Shown here: positions 1-9,759 of the stretch, in pieces
Numbering within the stretch: position 1 is the first letter of the stretch
Layout: every line of letters starts with the position of its first letter
Translations under genes and position numbers: made by a program
The notes under the pieces: generated by a model
What the model was told of the DNA's origin: nothing
Database searches by the model: none
Seen by the model: the letters and a program-made list of their open reading frames with translations, nothing else
Assembly: GCA_903879985.1 (NCBI GenBank)
Contig: CAIRNR010000006.1
Span: forward strand, 32,505 to 96,504
DNA length: 64,000 bases
DNA from: an uncultured candidate division WWE3 bacterium
GTDB lineage: Bacteria; Patescibacteriota; WWE3; UBA101185; UBA10185
Direction of reading: 5' to 3'

Positions 1-2
1 GA

Positions 3-494
3 CCAAACGGTGCCGGTAAATCAACCATCGTAAAAATAATAATGGGAGACGAACAGGCCATAAGTGGACTCTCAAAAGTCGGAGACAATATTAAAGTTGG
101 GTATTTTGCCCAAAAACAAACACATTTGGATTACGACCAAGACTTGTTCGAACATTTTATAGCCAGCACAGGATGCCCTTATTACGTGGCATATAAATAC
201 TTGGATAACTTTTTATTCAGTAAAGACGACATAAAAAAGCGCGTACGAAACTTAAGTCCTGGCGAACGTGCCCGTTTTGCTTTTGCGATATTCGCATACA
301 AAGATTACGACATGTTAATTTTAGACGAACCTTCTAACCATTTGGATATTGAGGCTAAAGAAGTTATTGAAGAAAGTTTGTCTAAATTTAAAGGAACCTT
401 ACTTTTAATTTCTCACGACCGATATTTTGTTGAGAGAGTAGGTATTGATAAAGTCTTGAATTTAAAAGATGGTATATTGAATTCGTATGCGTAA
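3..494 (+). CDS. ABC-F family ATPase, C-terminal part (5' truncated by window)
   Basis: Frame open from window start: PNGAGKST Walker A, LSPGE signature, LILDEPSNHLD Walker B, ISHDR H-loop; no TM segments. Confidence 0.85.
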   Translation, partial: PNGAGKSTIVKIIMGDEQAISGLSKVGDNIKVGYFAQKQTHLDYDQDLFEHFIASTGCPYYVAYKYLDNFLFSKDDIKKRVRNLSPGERARFAFAIFAYKDYDMLILDEPSNHLDIEAKEVIEESLSKFKGTLLLISHDRYFVERVGIDKVLNLKDGILNSYA

Positions 495-2596
495 CATATA
501 TAAAGCAGTCCTTATAATACTTGCGCAATACGTTTTATTTTTTTATCCGATTTTTTTACCACACAATATTTTAACTGGTTCATTTACTACAGATGCACTG
601 AGTTTGCACTATCCTTCACGGGCATTTTTATACGAAAAACTTCACCATGGCACACAGTTTTTTTGGACCGAAAGAATATATGGCGGTTTTCCTGTTTATA
701 CCGATTTGGAGCGCGGTTTTTTAAATCCCATAAATATTTTGTCGCTTTATTTATTTGATCCGTATACGTCTTACAAGGTTATTCACTTTATATATTATTT
801 TATTGGCGCGGTTTTCCTATATTTATTTTTAAAAGAAAAAAAGCTTGGGTTGATTGCCTTTGCTGTAGCGAACTTGATTTTCTTCTTTTCCTTTTACAGC
901 ATGGTACGGCAAGAACTATTTAATACTGTGCTTATTGTGTACCTGTTACCCGTGGGATTATATCTTTCGGAGAAACTTATAAATACACAAAAACAACGCT
1001 ACGCAATATTAAAAGGTGTGTGGCTTTGGGCAATGATTTCGTGGGGACAGTTTAACTTTATAACCATACTTTTAATGATTGACGGGCTGTATCTACTTAT
1101 ATATTCGTACAAAACACTTAAAGTAAAACACTTCTTCGCTAATTTAGGGTTAATTGGATTAACCGCAACTATATTATGTTTGCCGTTATTATATCCATTC
1201 CTAAATGTATTTCTGGCAGGTGCTAGAGGTGGGGGAGACTTAAATTATTTAGAAGGATCTTATTCGCCAATTGTGGCTCTAACAAATCTTTTTCCATTTA
1301 TATGGGGAATACCCAACAATTACGTTGGCGACTTGATTAAAAACGGATATTACTTAAACGAGGTTTATAACTATTTAGGAATTTCTTCGGTAATATTGGC
1401 GACACTTGCTTTTTTATTGCTAAAAAAAAACAAAGGACAAAATATTTTTTGCTGTCTTAATAAGCATATATGTTTGTTTAGCGTTTATAAGATACGTGCC
1501 AATACTAAACAACGTAAACATACCTTTGATATCTTCATTTAGGTATTGGGGCAGAGCGTCATTGTTGCTCACATTTTCTTGTGCATACTTAGCCGCATTT
1601 GGTGTTGAAGAGCTAGGAAAATTAAAACTGCAGATTAAAAATCTAATATATTTAGCACCAGCAGGAATTATTTATTTAGGAATCACGCTTGCTAATTTAA
1701 ATAATATCGAAACTACAAAAACTCTTTCTTTTATGTTGCATGGAGGCATTGCTAAGGATTATGTTTTATATGCTTATTTGGGCATAACAGCTATAGTGCT
1801 GGCCGTTAGCATCTTTGCGATTATCAAAAAAACCAACAGCTCTACAATCAAACTAATATTAGCAATAGTCATCTGCCTGGATTTATTCGTGCCGGCAACC
1901 CAATTAACAAAATCATACTATGTAACGAAACAAAACTTTGAACAAAATATTAAGCTCGGTTTAGATAAATATAAAAACGAACGCATAATATTTTTAGACG
2001 ATAAGAAAATATTTGGTAACACCATGATGTATCAACAAAGCTGGGGAATGTTTGGATATAGCGCGCCACTTGAATCTACAAACTATATCAGTTATATAAA
2101 TTCTCTTGGTTTTGATAGCGTCCGAAGACCAAAACTGGATACGTCTCCTGAATTATGGAATCAATCGCAGATTTACAATTTATCTCACGCAGGCATAACA
2201 ACGATAATTAAAAAAGACGGCAAGGTTTTTCCACTGCGTGACACAAACGTTTTAGACATTTTGCAAAATACAAGCCCCGATGTAGCAGCACAATATCTAG
2301 CAAAGGAAGAAGGCAACGTTACATTAGCAATTAACACAAAAGGAATACGTCAGATTCAAACATCAATAAGAAATTACCAAGGTTGGCAGCTATATATAAA
2401 TGGCGTCCGCCAAAACTTTATAAGTAAACCAACTGATTTATTTTTAAAATTCGAAGTCCAAACAGGGAACAGTGTTGTGGAACTTAAATATATACCGGTA
2501 GGTTTTTACAAAGGCTTATATTATTCACTATGTTTGTTGATTGTTAGCGCAATATCCTACCTAATTTACCGTGATAAAATAAGAACGAATGCATAA
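487..2596 (+). pseudogene. YfhO-like polytopic membrane glycosyltransferase (GT-C), split by a frameshift at A9 (1422-1430)
   Basis: ORFs 487-1542 and 1496-2596 overlap. Removing one A joins LLLKK to TKDKIFFAVLISIYVCLAFIRYVP. C-terminal GW..YING...VELKY.P pattern is typical of YfhO. Confidence 0.7.
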
Positions 2597-4085
2597 ATTC
2601 CTCAAAAATAACTGGAAACTAAAACTGGTTATATTCATAATTTCTTTGACTTTGTTTTTATATAAACTGGATTACACCTCAATCTTCACGGATGAAGTAG
2701 TGTACTGGGACGCGGGACGAAATTACATACTCAAAAATGAAGTAATAGCTAATTTACAACACCCGCTAATAGCAAAATATATAGCAGGGCTTGCGTCGTT
2801 ACCACAAGAAAACAATATATTTTTAATTCGTTTACCATTTGCAGTAATGGGAGCCATGGCAAGCGTTGTAGTTTTTGCAATCGCCGCTGAGTGGCTATCT
2901 GTTGGGTGGGCACTTTTTGCGTGCTTATTATATTTAACCTACCCATTTATCTTTTCGTCGGAACGCATGGCCATGATGGAAGCACCAATGCATTTATTCT
3001 GGTTACTGTTTAACTTATTCTTTTTGAAATATTTAAAAAGCAAATCGAAAAAAGACGTTATAATTTCAGGCGTTTTTTTGGGTTTAAGTTTGGCAACAAA
3101 ATTTACGTCCATCACGCTAATTCCATTTATTCCACTGGCAATCCTTTTATATTGTTATTTAAACAAACAGAAATTAAGCGAATACAAAAATATCTTTCTT
3201 ATTATTTTGCCGGCTATAATTGTTTTTGGACTTTCTTACACTCAACTTATTTTCAAACGAGGTTTTTATTTTGCAATTACCGATGTATTAAGAGCGAATA
3301 AAGATATTATCTTTGACAGAAACAGCGAAGGTAAAATTCATATTATCGGTAACAAGATTTACACCAAATCACCATGGTGGTTCTATTTTTATTACATATA
3401 CCAAGCATATTCGATTCCACAGATAATACTTACGATAGCAGCAACTTTAACAAACTTTTTTAAGAAAACATTCTTTGGTGCGTATTGGGGATTATTTTTG
3501 TTATTAAACGCCGTTTTGTTTTTTAACATGGGTTTGAAGAACGCGAGATACATTGGTTCTATGGAAATCGCATTAGTATTTTTGGTAGCCGCAGGTTCAA
3601 AGATATTACTGGAAAACATAAAAGTCCGCTGGGTAAGAATACTTTTTATCTCAGTTGTAATAGCCACAGTAATACTCCGCGTGTCTAATATTATTTCGAT
3701 GGAACCAACTTCATACAACGCGCTTAAAAATTACTTAATCAAAGAAACAAATAACTTCACAACAGGGGATCGTACATTTGCTTACGGTTCCATAAATAGC
3801 GGAAGGTGGACATTTAGAGAATACCAACAATATCAAAACTCACCGGTGTTATTTAGAAAAGACTTTGAACTCCGCTGCGACTTTGCCGACTTTAAATATA
3901 TAGTCTTTGATGACGTAGAACTTATAAAAGTTCAAGACAACGAGCTTTATAATTATATAAATGCTAACCGCGAACTTTACACCGAAGTACCAATGTCGGG
4001 TTTGACCTTATTTAAGAAAAAAGATAACGTCGCACCACTGGTGGATTCAAGCTGTTATCTACTGCCAAACAAGGGTTTTAACTAA
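2589..4085 (+). CDS. ArnT/PMT-like (GT39/GT83) membrane glycosyltransferase
   Basis: DE motif in first loop, HPL..KY motif, GLSLATKF, many TM helices. Confidence 0.8.
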   Translation: MHKFLKNNWKLKLVIFIISLTLFLYKLDYTSIFTDEVVYWDAGRNYILKNEVIANLQHPLIAKYIAGLASLPQENNIFLIRLPFAVMGAMASVVVFAIAAEWLSVGWALFACLLYLTYPFIFSSERMAMMEAPMHLFWLLFNLFFLKYLKSKSKKDVIISGVFLGLSLATKFTSITLIPFIPLAILLYCYLNKQKLSEYKNIFLIILPAIIVFGLSYTQLIFKRGFYFAITDVLRANKDIIFDRNSEGKIHIIGNKIYTKSPWWFYFYYIYQAYSIPQIILTIAATLTNFFKKTFFGAYWGLFLLLNAVLFFNMGLKNARYIGSMEIALVFLVAAGSKILLENIKVRWVRILFISVVIATVILRVSNIISMEPTSYNALKNYLIKETNNFTTGDRTFAYGSINSGRWTFREYQQYQNSPVLFRKDFELRCDFADFKYIVFDDVELIKVQDNELYNYINANRELYTEVPMSGLTLFKKKDNVAPLVDSSCYLLPNKGFN

Positions 4086-4136
4086 AACCCTCACAGTCTA
4101 GCAATCCAACCAGGTTCGTGCTAATATTTACAAACT

Positions 4137-5027
4137 ATGCAAACAAAAGTAGAAAAAACACCAAAAGCTACCATTAAACTCACCGTAACGGTTGAGGCGG
4201 ATAAAGTTAAAGAAGCCTATGAAAAGGTTCTGGATAAAGCCGTTGCTGAAACCACAATCCAAGGTTTTAGAATAGGTACAGCTCCAAAAGAGTTGGTAAA
4301 AGACAAAGTCGGCACCGATACTTTGTATGGTGATGCCGTCAATATCATTTTACAAACCTTTTACCCACAGGCACTTAAGGAAAACTTAATAATGCCAATT
4401 TCCAATCCTCATGTAGAAATTAAGGAATTTAGTTTAGATAAAGACTTTGAATTCACTGCAACAGTCGCAACAATGCCCGAAGTTAAAATGCAAGAATATA
4501 AAGAAGAGTTAAAAAAACGTTACGCCGCTAAAATTGAAGAAGCAAAAAAGAACTTAAAAGAAGGCGAAGAACTTCACGTACATATTGGACCAAACGAAAT
4601 AATTGAGACTTTAATGGAAAAATCAGAGGTTGAATTTTCTGATTTATTATTAGAAGAAGAAACCGAAAGATTGTTATCCAGATTAGTTAACCAAGCACAA
4701 TCCATCGGTTTATCCGTAGAACAATACTTAAAATCACAAAACAAAACACCAGAAGAATTACACAGTGATTATCAAAAAATTGCTGAACGTAACTTAAAAG
4801 CCGAGTTTGTATTGGCCCATTTGGTAAAAACCGAAAAAGTCGAAGTTTCCGACGAAGAAATCCAAGAAGCTATAGCCGCAGTATCCAGTGAAGAACAAAA
4901 ATCCTTATTAGACGACAAAACTCAGATGATTTATGTAAAAAGTATCTTGCAGAAAAATAAATTAATTACTAAATTAATTGAAGAGACAGAAGGTGAAAAC
5001 CACCATGAACATGAACATAAAGAATGA
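4137..5027 (+). CDS. tig: Trigger factor (short form)
   Basis: GFR.G.AP ribosome-binding signature; directly upstream of clpP. Confidence 0.9.
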   Translation: MQTKVEKTPKATIKLTVTVEADKVKEAYEKVLDKAVAETTIQGFRIGTAPKELVKDKVGTDTLYGDAVNIILQTFYPQALKENLIMPISNPHVEIKEFSLDKDFEFTATVATMPEVKMQEYKEELKKRYAAKIEEAKKNLKEGEELHVHIGPNEIIETLMEKSEVEFSDLLLEEETERLLSRLVNQAQSIGLSVEQYLKSQNKTPEELHSDYQKIAERNLKAEFVLAHLVKTEKVEVSDEEIQEAIAAVSSEEQKSLLDDKTQMIYVKSILQKNKLITKLIEETEGENHHEHEHKE

Positions 5028-5037
5028 AAAAAATAAT

Positions 5038-5634
5038 ATGAAAAATCAATTAGTTCCTATAGTCGTAGAAAAAGAAGCAAACGGAATGGAAAGATCTTAC
5101 GATATCTATTCACGTCTTTTACGCGACTACGTAGTATTTGTTACAGGCCCAATCGATATGGGAGTAGCAAACACTTTTATAGCACAACTATTATTCTTAG
5201 AAAGCCAAGATCCCGACAGAGATATTAGTGTTTACATCAATAGTCCAGGCGGAGACGCTTATGCAGGACTTGCCATGTACGACACAATGAAACACGTTAA
5301 AAACGATATCGTCGCCATAAACGTAGGACTTGCCGCATCAGCCGGAGCTTTAATATTAGCCGCAGGTACAAAAGGTAAAAAGTACGCACTTCCAAGTTCA
5401 TTCACAATGATCCACCAAGTATTGGGCGGAGTTGAAGGCCAAGCAACAGAAGTTGAAATTACAGCAAGACACATGTTAAAACTTAGAGAGCTTTATGCGG
5501 AATGCCTAGCCAACGGAACAGGCCAAAGCGTAGAAAAAGTTAAAAAAGATATAGACCGCGATTACTGGATGGACGCAAAAGAGTCGTTGGAATACGGTAT
5601 TATCGATAAGATTATGACTCCTAAGAAGAAGTAA
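5038..5634 (+). CDS. clpP: ATP-dependent Clp protease proteolytic subunit
   Basis: ERSYDIYSRLL, YINSPGG, GLAASAG, MIHQ, DRD motifs; ATG at 5038 preferred over the upstream TTG. Confidence 0.96.
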   Translation: MKNQLVPIVVEKEANGMERSYDIYSRLLRDYVVFVTGPIDMGVANTFIAQLLFLESQDPDRDISVYINSPGGDAYAGLAMYDTMKHVKNDIVAINVGLAASAGALILAAGTKGKKYALPSSFTMIHQVLGGVEGQATEVEITARHMLKLRELYAECLANGTGQSVEKVKKDIDRDYWMDAKESLEYGIIDKIMTPKKK

Positions 5635-5754
5635 GAGGCGAGTAACCCGGGGCGAGGCGACAAGCTGCGGGCGGGGAGTAGGCGCGATTGTACAGCTTTT
5701 GTGGCTTTCGAAAATTGGTTTAGTACGGTAGAATATACCCGTTATTGCTTTCAT

Positions 5755-5831
5755 GGGCGGTTAGCTCAGTTGGTTAGAGCGCCACATTGACATTGTGGAG
5801 GTCATAGGTTCAATTCCTATATCGCCCACCA
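5755..5831 (+). tRNA. tRNA-Val (GAC)
   Basis: GGGCGGT/ATCGCCC acceptor stem, D-arm TAGCTCAGTTGGTTAGAGC, anticodon arm CCACA-TTGACAT-TGTGG, T-arm GGTTCAATTCC, encoded CCA. Confidence 0.96.
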
Positions 5832-5968
5832 TGAATTAATTATAGGGTCAGTTATTTCCACTTTATCTTTTACTAACCACAAGTCGGCTTGTCGCTATAA
5901 TATAATTGTTCTACCAGAATCACTCCTATATAGGCAGAGAGCAACGTTACTAGGTATAATCTAATCAA

Positions 5969-6490
5969 ATGAAAACTTTAACAACCAACACAACTGAACT
6001 AGATAAAAACTCCATATCCCTCGCAGGAGAATTTGCCGTTCTTTCCCAATTAGCACTACGAGGATACGACGCAAATTTAACTCTTGGGCATACAAAAGGT
6101 GTTGATATTCTTATCTCTAATCCTAAAACAAATAAAATGTTTAAAATGGAGGTTAAAACCTCCTATAAAAATGTTCCTACGACATATAAATTATTTGGTC
6201 ATTGTTTAGCCTGGGTAATGGGAGAGAAAAACGAAAATATAGCCGATCAAAATTTATTCTACTGCTTTGTTAATATAGAACATCCTGATTATAAATTCCG
6301 ATTCTTCATAATACCAAGTGCTGTGGTAGCAAAATATGTGAAAGAGCAGCATCAATATTGGATTTCAACAAGGACAGAAGATGTTGAAACTACAACAATG
6401 CGCCAATTTAGAATCGGACTGGAAGAAACGAAATACAACATAGATACGCCATTAGCAAGAGACTACGAAGATATGTGGGACCTTAGTTAG
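5969..6490 (+). CDS. Small PD-(D/E)XK-type endonuclease-like protein
   Basis: AGE...(helix)...GVDIL...EVKT motif arrangement. Confidence 0.65.
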   Translation: MKTLTTNTTELDKNSISLAGEFAVLSQLALRGYDANLTLGHTKGVDILISNPKTNKMFKMEVKTSYKNVPTTYKLFGHCLAWVMGEKNENIADQNLFYCFVNIEHPDYKFRFFIIPSAVVAKYVKEQHQYWISTRTEDVETTTMRQFRIGLEETKYNIDTPLARDYEDMWDLS

Positions 6491-6580
6491 TAAAACAGTA
6501 ATAATCAGATACTCCCTAACACATTCTTCAGATAATTTAACTTCATATAAAGCCCAAAAGAAAAGGAATACAATTTAACT

Positions 6581-6778
6581 GTGAAAATAACCTTCCAAAT
6601 CGATCCTCAATACGACTACGATATGGTGTTACATATGTTGCGAGGAAAAGATTGGCAAAATAGGGCTAAACGCATGGGTTTAGATTTCTCTTTGGTTGAA
6701 AAAATTAATCAGGCAACCGGCACCGATATGTGTATTTTACTACAGACTAATCCTGCACAAAAAGGCAGCTATATCTAA
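6581..6778 (+). pseudogene. Short ORF, probably a 5' gene remnant
   Basis: GTG start 6 nt after TACAAT; only 65 aa. Confidence 0.35.
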
Positions 6779-6860
6779 TTATTTATACTAAAGATATCCG
6801 TTAACTCATGTTTTGTTGCCAGATGACACAAACCCCACTATAGACTATCCTATAATCAAC

Positions 6861-7616
6861 ATGTCCGAATACTACAACAACCAAAGAACACCAAAAAACT
6901 GCTACACAAAAGGCCAAACCGAACCATTTAAACTAAGCCGCTCCAAAATAGACAGCTTCCTCAAATGCCCCCGCTGCTTCTACATCGACCGCGTACTAGG
7001 CACAGGACAACCTCCGGGATTTCCATTTGCATTAAACAGTGCGGTAGACCATCTATTAAAACTAGAATTCGATATTCATAGGGCAGCTGGCTCAAAACAC
7101 CCACTAATCGAAAAATATGGTGTTGATGCAATACCTGCAGCTCACAAAGACTTAAATATATGGCGTGAAAACTTTAAAGGCGTTCAATTTCTACACAAAC
7201 CAACAAATTTATATGTATTTGGAGCCATAGATGACCTCTGGATCAACTCTAAAGGCGAATACATAGTTGTAGACTACAAATCCACAAGTAAGGACGAAGA
7301 AATAACAACATTAAATAAAGATTGGCAGGACGGCTATAAAAGACAAATGGAGGTTTATCAATGGTTGCTAAGACAAAATGGTTATAAGGTTTCGGAGACC
7401 GGTTACTTTGTATATTGTAACGGCGACACCGACAAAGCTGCCTTTGATGCAAAACTTGAGTTTGATATTACCTTGATTCCTTATGTTGGGGATGATAGTT
7501 GGATTGAAAAGGTTCTATTTGATATTAAAAAGTGCTTGGAGTCGGATGTGTTACCGGCCAGCGGTGAGGATTGTGATTATTGCGCATATTTTTATGCTAG
7601 GAAGGGACACGAATGA
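6861..7616 (+). CDS. RecB/Cas4-like PD-(D/E)XK nuclease with Cys pairs
   Basis: LSRS...CPRC, G.IDD, VDYKS, Q..VY.W, C-terminal CDYC. Confidence 0.85.
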   Translation: MSEYYNNQRTPKNCYTKGQTEPFKLSRSKIDSFLKCPRCFYIDRVLGTGQPPGFPFALNSAVDHLLKLEFDIHRAAGSKHPLIEKYGVDAIPAAHKDLNIWRENFKGVQFLHKPTNLYVFGAIDDLWINSKGEYIVVDYKSTSKDEEITTLNKDWQDGYKRQMEVYQWLLRQNGYKVSETGYFVYCNGDTDKAAFDAKLEFDITLIPYVGDDSWIEKVLFDIKKCLESDVLPASGEDCDYCAYFYARKGHE

Positions 7617-8119
7617 CTGAAATAACAATGTTTGCACCATCAGAAGACTTAATCTTTAACAAAGATATAAACGCTTTAAAAGAAAGAACTCGCCGCGGAA
7701 TCATGTGTATCTTAGGCCGAAAATTAGAAGATCCTAAAAATGAGTACTGGGTTAATTACTGCGTATGCATAAAGAACAATTACTTTATACAAATAATGAC
7801 AACAGAAAAAGAAGATGGGTTATTAATAGAACTAAGCAGCAGCCATTATTCTTCAGGCAGACTAAATCAAGCTAAGCTAGACATTATTTCAAGTTATGGC
7901 TATGAATTTGGAAATAAAATGAATCCAAACTTTCATAAAACCGTAACATTAACCCCGGACTTATTGTTCGAATTAGGTGACGAACTAACCGACATAATGT
8001 ATCGCGTCTTTGACCTTGAACAGCATCAGCCATTGAAGATTGAGTATGATCAGGATGTTTATCGGGCACCTTCACCATTTGCATCACGTTTATTTGGTTG
8101 GTTAAGAGGTATTAAATGA
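7613..8119 (+). CDS. Hypothetical protein, possibly TY-Chap/T3SS-chaperone-like
   Basis: ATGA-coupled to both neighbours; FIQ...ELSS...GY...NPNF...RVF pattern (weak). Confidence 0.55.
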   Translation: MTEITMFAPSEDLIFNKDINALKERTRRGIMCILGRKLEDPKNEYWVNYCVCIKNNYFIQIMTTEKEDGLLIELSSSHYSSGRLNQAKLDIISSYGYEFGNKMNPNFHKTVTLTPDLLFELGDELTDIMYRVFDLEQHQPLKIEYDQDVYRAPSPFASRLFGWLRGIK

Positions 8120-8754
8120 ACCCAAACAACAAAACACTTTGCGCAACATGCAGCGGATTATTACCAGAAAACAAATGGCGACCTCGCCCAATAAACGAAT
8201 GGCGTGAAGTCATTTTATCCAAAGTATACAAATACGAAAACAACGACACCGATCCTAGATACGCCATATTCTCAAATGTCGCCTACAACCTTCAGTATTT
8301 AGAGTACTTACATAAATGCCTAGAAGAACAATATTTAACATCTGTTATTAGATCACAACTAGTAAAAACATTTACCTTAACATCTTCCCAAATTATTGAA
8401 TGCCTTTTGTATATCAAACTGCTTGATATGAAAGTAAACGAAAGCGAGATTTGGGAGTTTTCTAGAGCTTTGAAAATTGCCGAGCAAAAAAACGCGTACG
8501 GCCTTGGACCAATGTTTTATAAAAACGAATTGAAGAAAATTAAAGAGCTTAGAAATAAAGTTCATTTACAAACTTCTGAGGGTATCGCCGATGCTGATTA
8601 CGCTGTGTTTGCAAAAATTGAAGTGTTAAACGAAGTCAAAAAGATTTTGTTTAGTTTCATCCAAAAGTGTCTTTCGTTGCCAACGCCAACTATGAATGAA
8701 GTTTTTTATTTTTTGTTGCCTCTTGAGGATTATTTGCATTCGAGGAAGGATTAA
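8116..8754 (+). CDS. Hypothetical protein with HEPN-like motif
   Basis: Helical protein with IIECLL and LRNKVH; N-terminal CxxC. Confidence 0.55.
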   Translation: MNPNNKTLCATCSGLLPENKWRPRPINEWREVILSKVYKYENNDTDPRYAIFSNVAYNLQYLEYLHKCLEEQYLTSVIRSQLVKTFTLTSSQIIECLLYIKLLDMKVNESEIWEFSRALKIAEQKNAYGLGPMFYKNELKKIKELRNKVHLQTSEGIADADYAVFAKIEVLNEVKKILFSFIQKCLSLPTPTMNEVFYFLLPLEDYLHSRKD

Positions 8755-8759
8755 AAACT

Positions 8760-9686
8760 ATGAAAAATTATTATAGAGTAATGTTAGGTCAAAAAAGCAT
8801 TTATGCTAAAGAAGCCTTTGAGGGTAACTTTATTGGAGCAGGATGGTTAGAAGATATTGATTTTACACATAAATTTCCGGATAACTGGCGCGAATTTAAC
8901 AAAAAATACATTCCTATCTACATAGAAGAGAACCCAGATAAAACAAAAGTTGCAGCCGGATTGGCCTGTGGGATGCTCTATACAATAACTAAAGGTATTC
9001 TTGTGGGTGATATTGTTTTATGTCCAGATGGTAAAGGAAACTACCTTGTAGGTGAAGTAATAGGTGAATATGAATATTTTAAGGGTGCGAATTTACCACA
9101 TAGACGAAAAGTTAGATGGTATCAAGATACGCTATCTCGAGATGAAATAAGTGAATCACTTAAGAATTCCGCTGGAAGCATTGGTACATTAAGTAATATT
9201 TCCAAATACGGAGCCGAAATTGAAGCTTTAATTTCGGGTAACCGTCCAGCTTCCATAATCTCTACGGACGAAACAATAGAAGATCCAAGCCTTTTTGCAC
9301 TTGAAAAACACTTAGAAGACTTTTTGGTACAAAATTGGCACCACACGGAACTTGGGCAACACTACGATATTTATTCAGAAGACGGAGAAATAGTAGGTCA
9401 ACAATACCCAAGCGACACCGGTCCAATTGACATTTTAGCTATAAGTAAAGATAAAAAAGAAATCCTTGTTGTAGAACTTAAAAAGGGAAGAGTAAGTGAT
9501 GTTGTAGTAGGTCAAATTCAAAGATACATGGGTTATGTTAAAGATGAATTAGCTGAAGAGAACCAAACAGTTAAAGGGGTTATTATAGGCTTTGAAGATG
9601 ATGTAAAGATACACAGAGCGTTATCTGTTGCACCCAACATTGATTTTTATACATATAAGATTCATTTTAAGTTAGAGAAAAAGTAA
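8760..9686 (+). CDS. NucS/EndoMS-like PD-(D/E)XK domain protein with an N-terminal Mrr-associated/EVE-like domain
   Basis: LEKHLEDFL..NW, GPIDILA, VVELKK, VGQI.RYMG; N-terminal GDIVL.P..R.V.W. Confidence 0.8.
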   Translation: MKNYYRVMLGQKSIYAKEAFEGNFIGAGWLEDIDFTHKFPDNWREFNKKYIPIYIEENPDKTKVAAGLACGMLYTITKGILVGDIVLCPDGKGNYLVGEVIGEYEYFKGANLPHRRKVRWYQDTLSRDEISESLKNSAGSIGTLSNISKYGAEIEALISGNRPASIISTDETIEDPSLFALEKHLEDFLVQNWHHTELGQHYDIYSEDGEIVGQQYPSDTGPIDILAISKDKKEILVVELKKGRVSDVVVGQIQRYMGYVKDELAEENQTVKGVIIGFEDDVKIHRALSVAPNIDFYTYKIHFKLEKK

Positions 9687-9759
9687 TTATGGTGGATAAC
9701 GATGTCAGCTTGCTTAATATAAGAAATTTCAGAAATCATTTGGTATATAATGAAGCAGC

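Noticed and set aside
5635-5700. G-rich patch after clpP (possible G-quadruplex or terminator)
   Set aside because: Only three runs of 3+ G, no good stem and no second copy seen
5810-5831. attL/attR duplication of the tRNA 3' end marking a prophage or ICE
   Set aside because: No second copy noticed by eye, and no integrase or phage structural genes in the window
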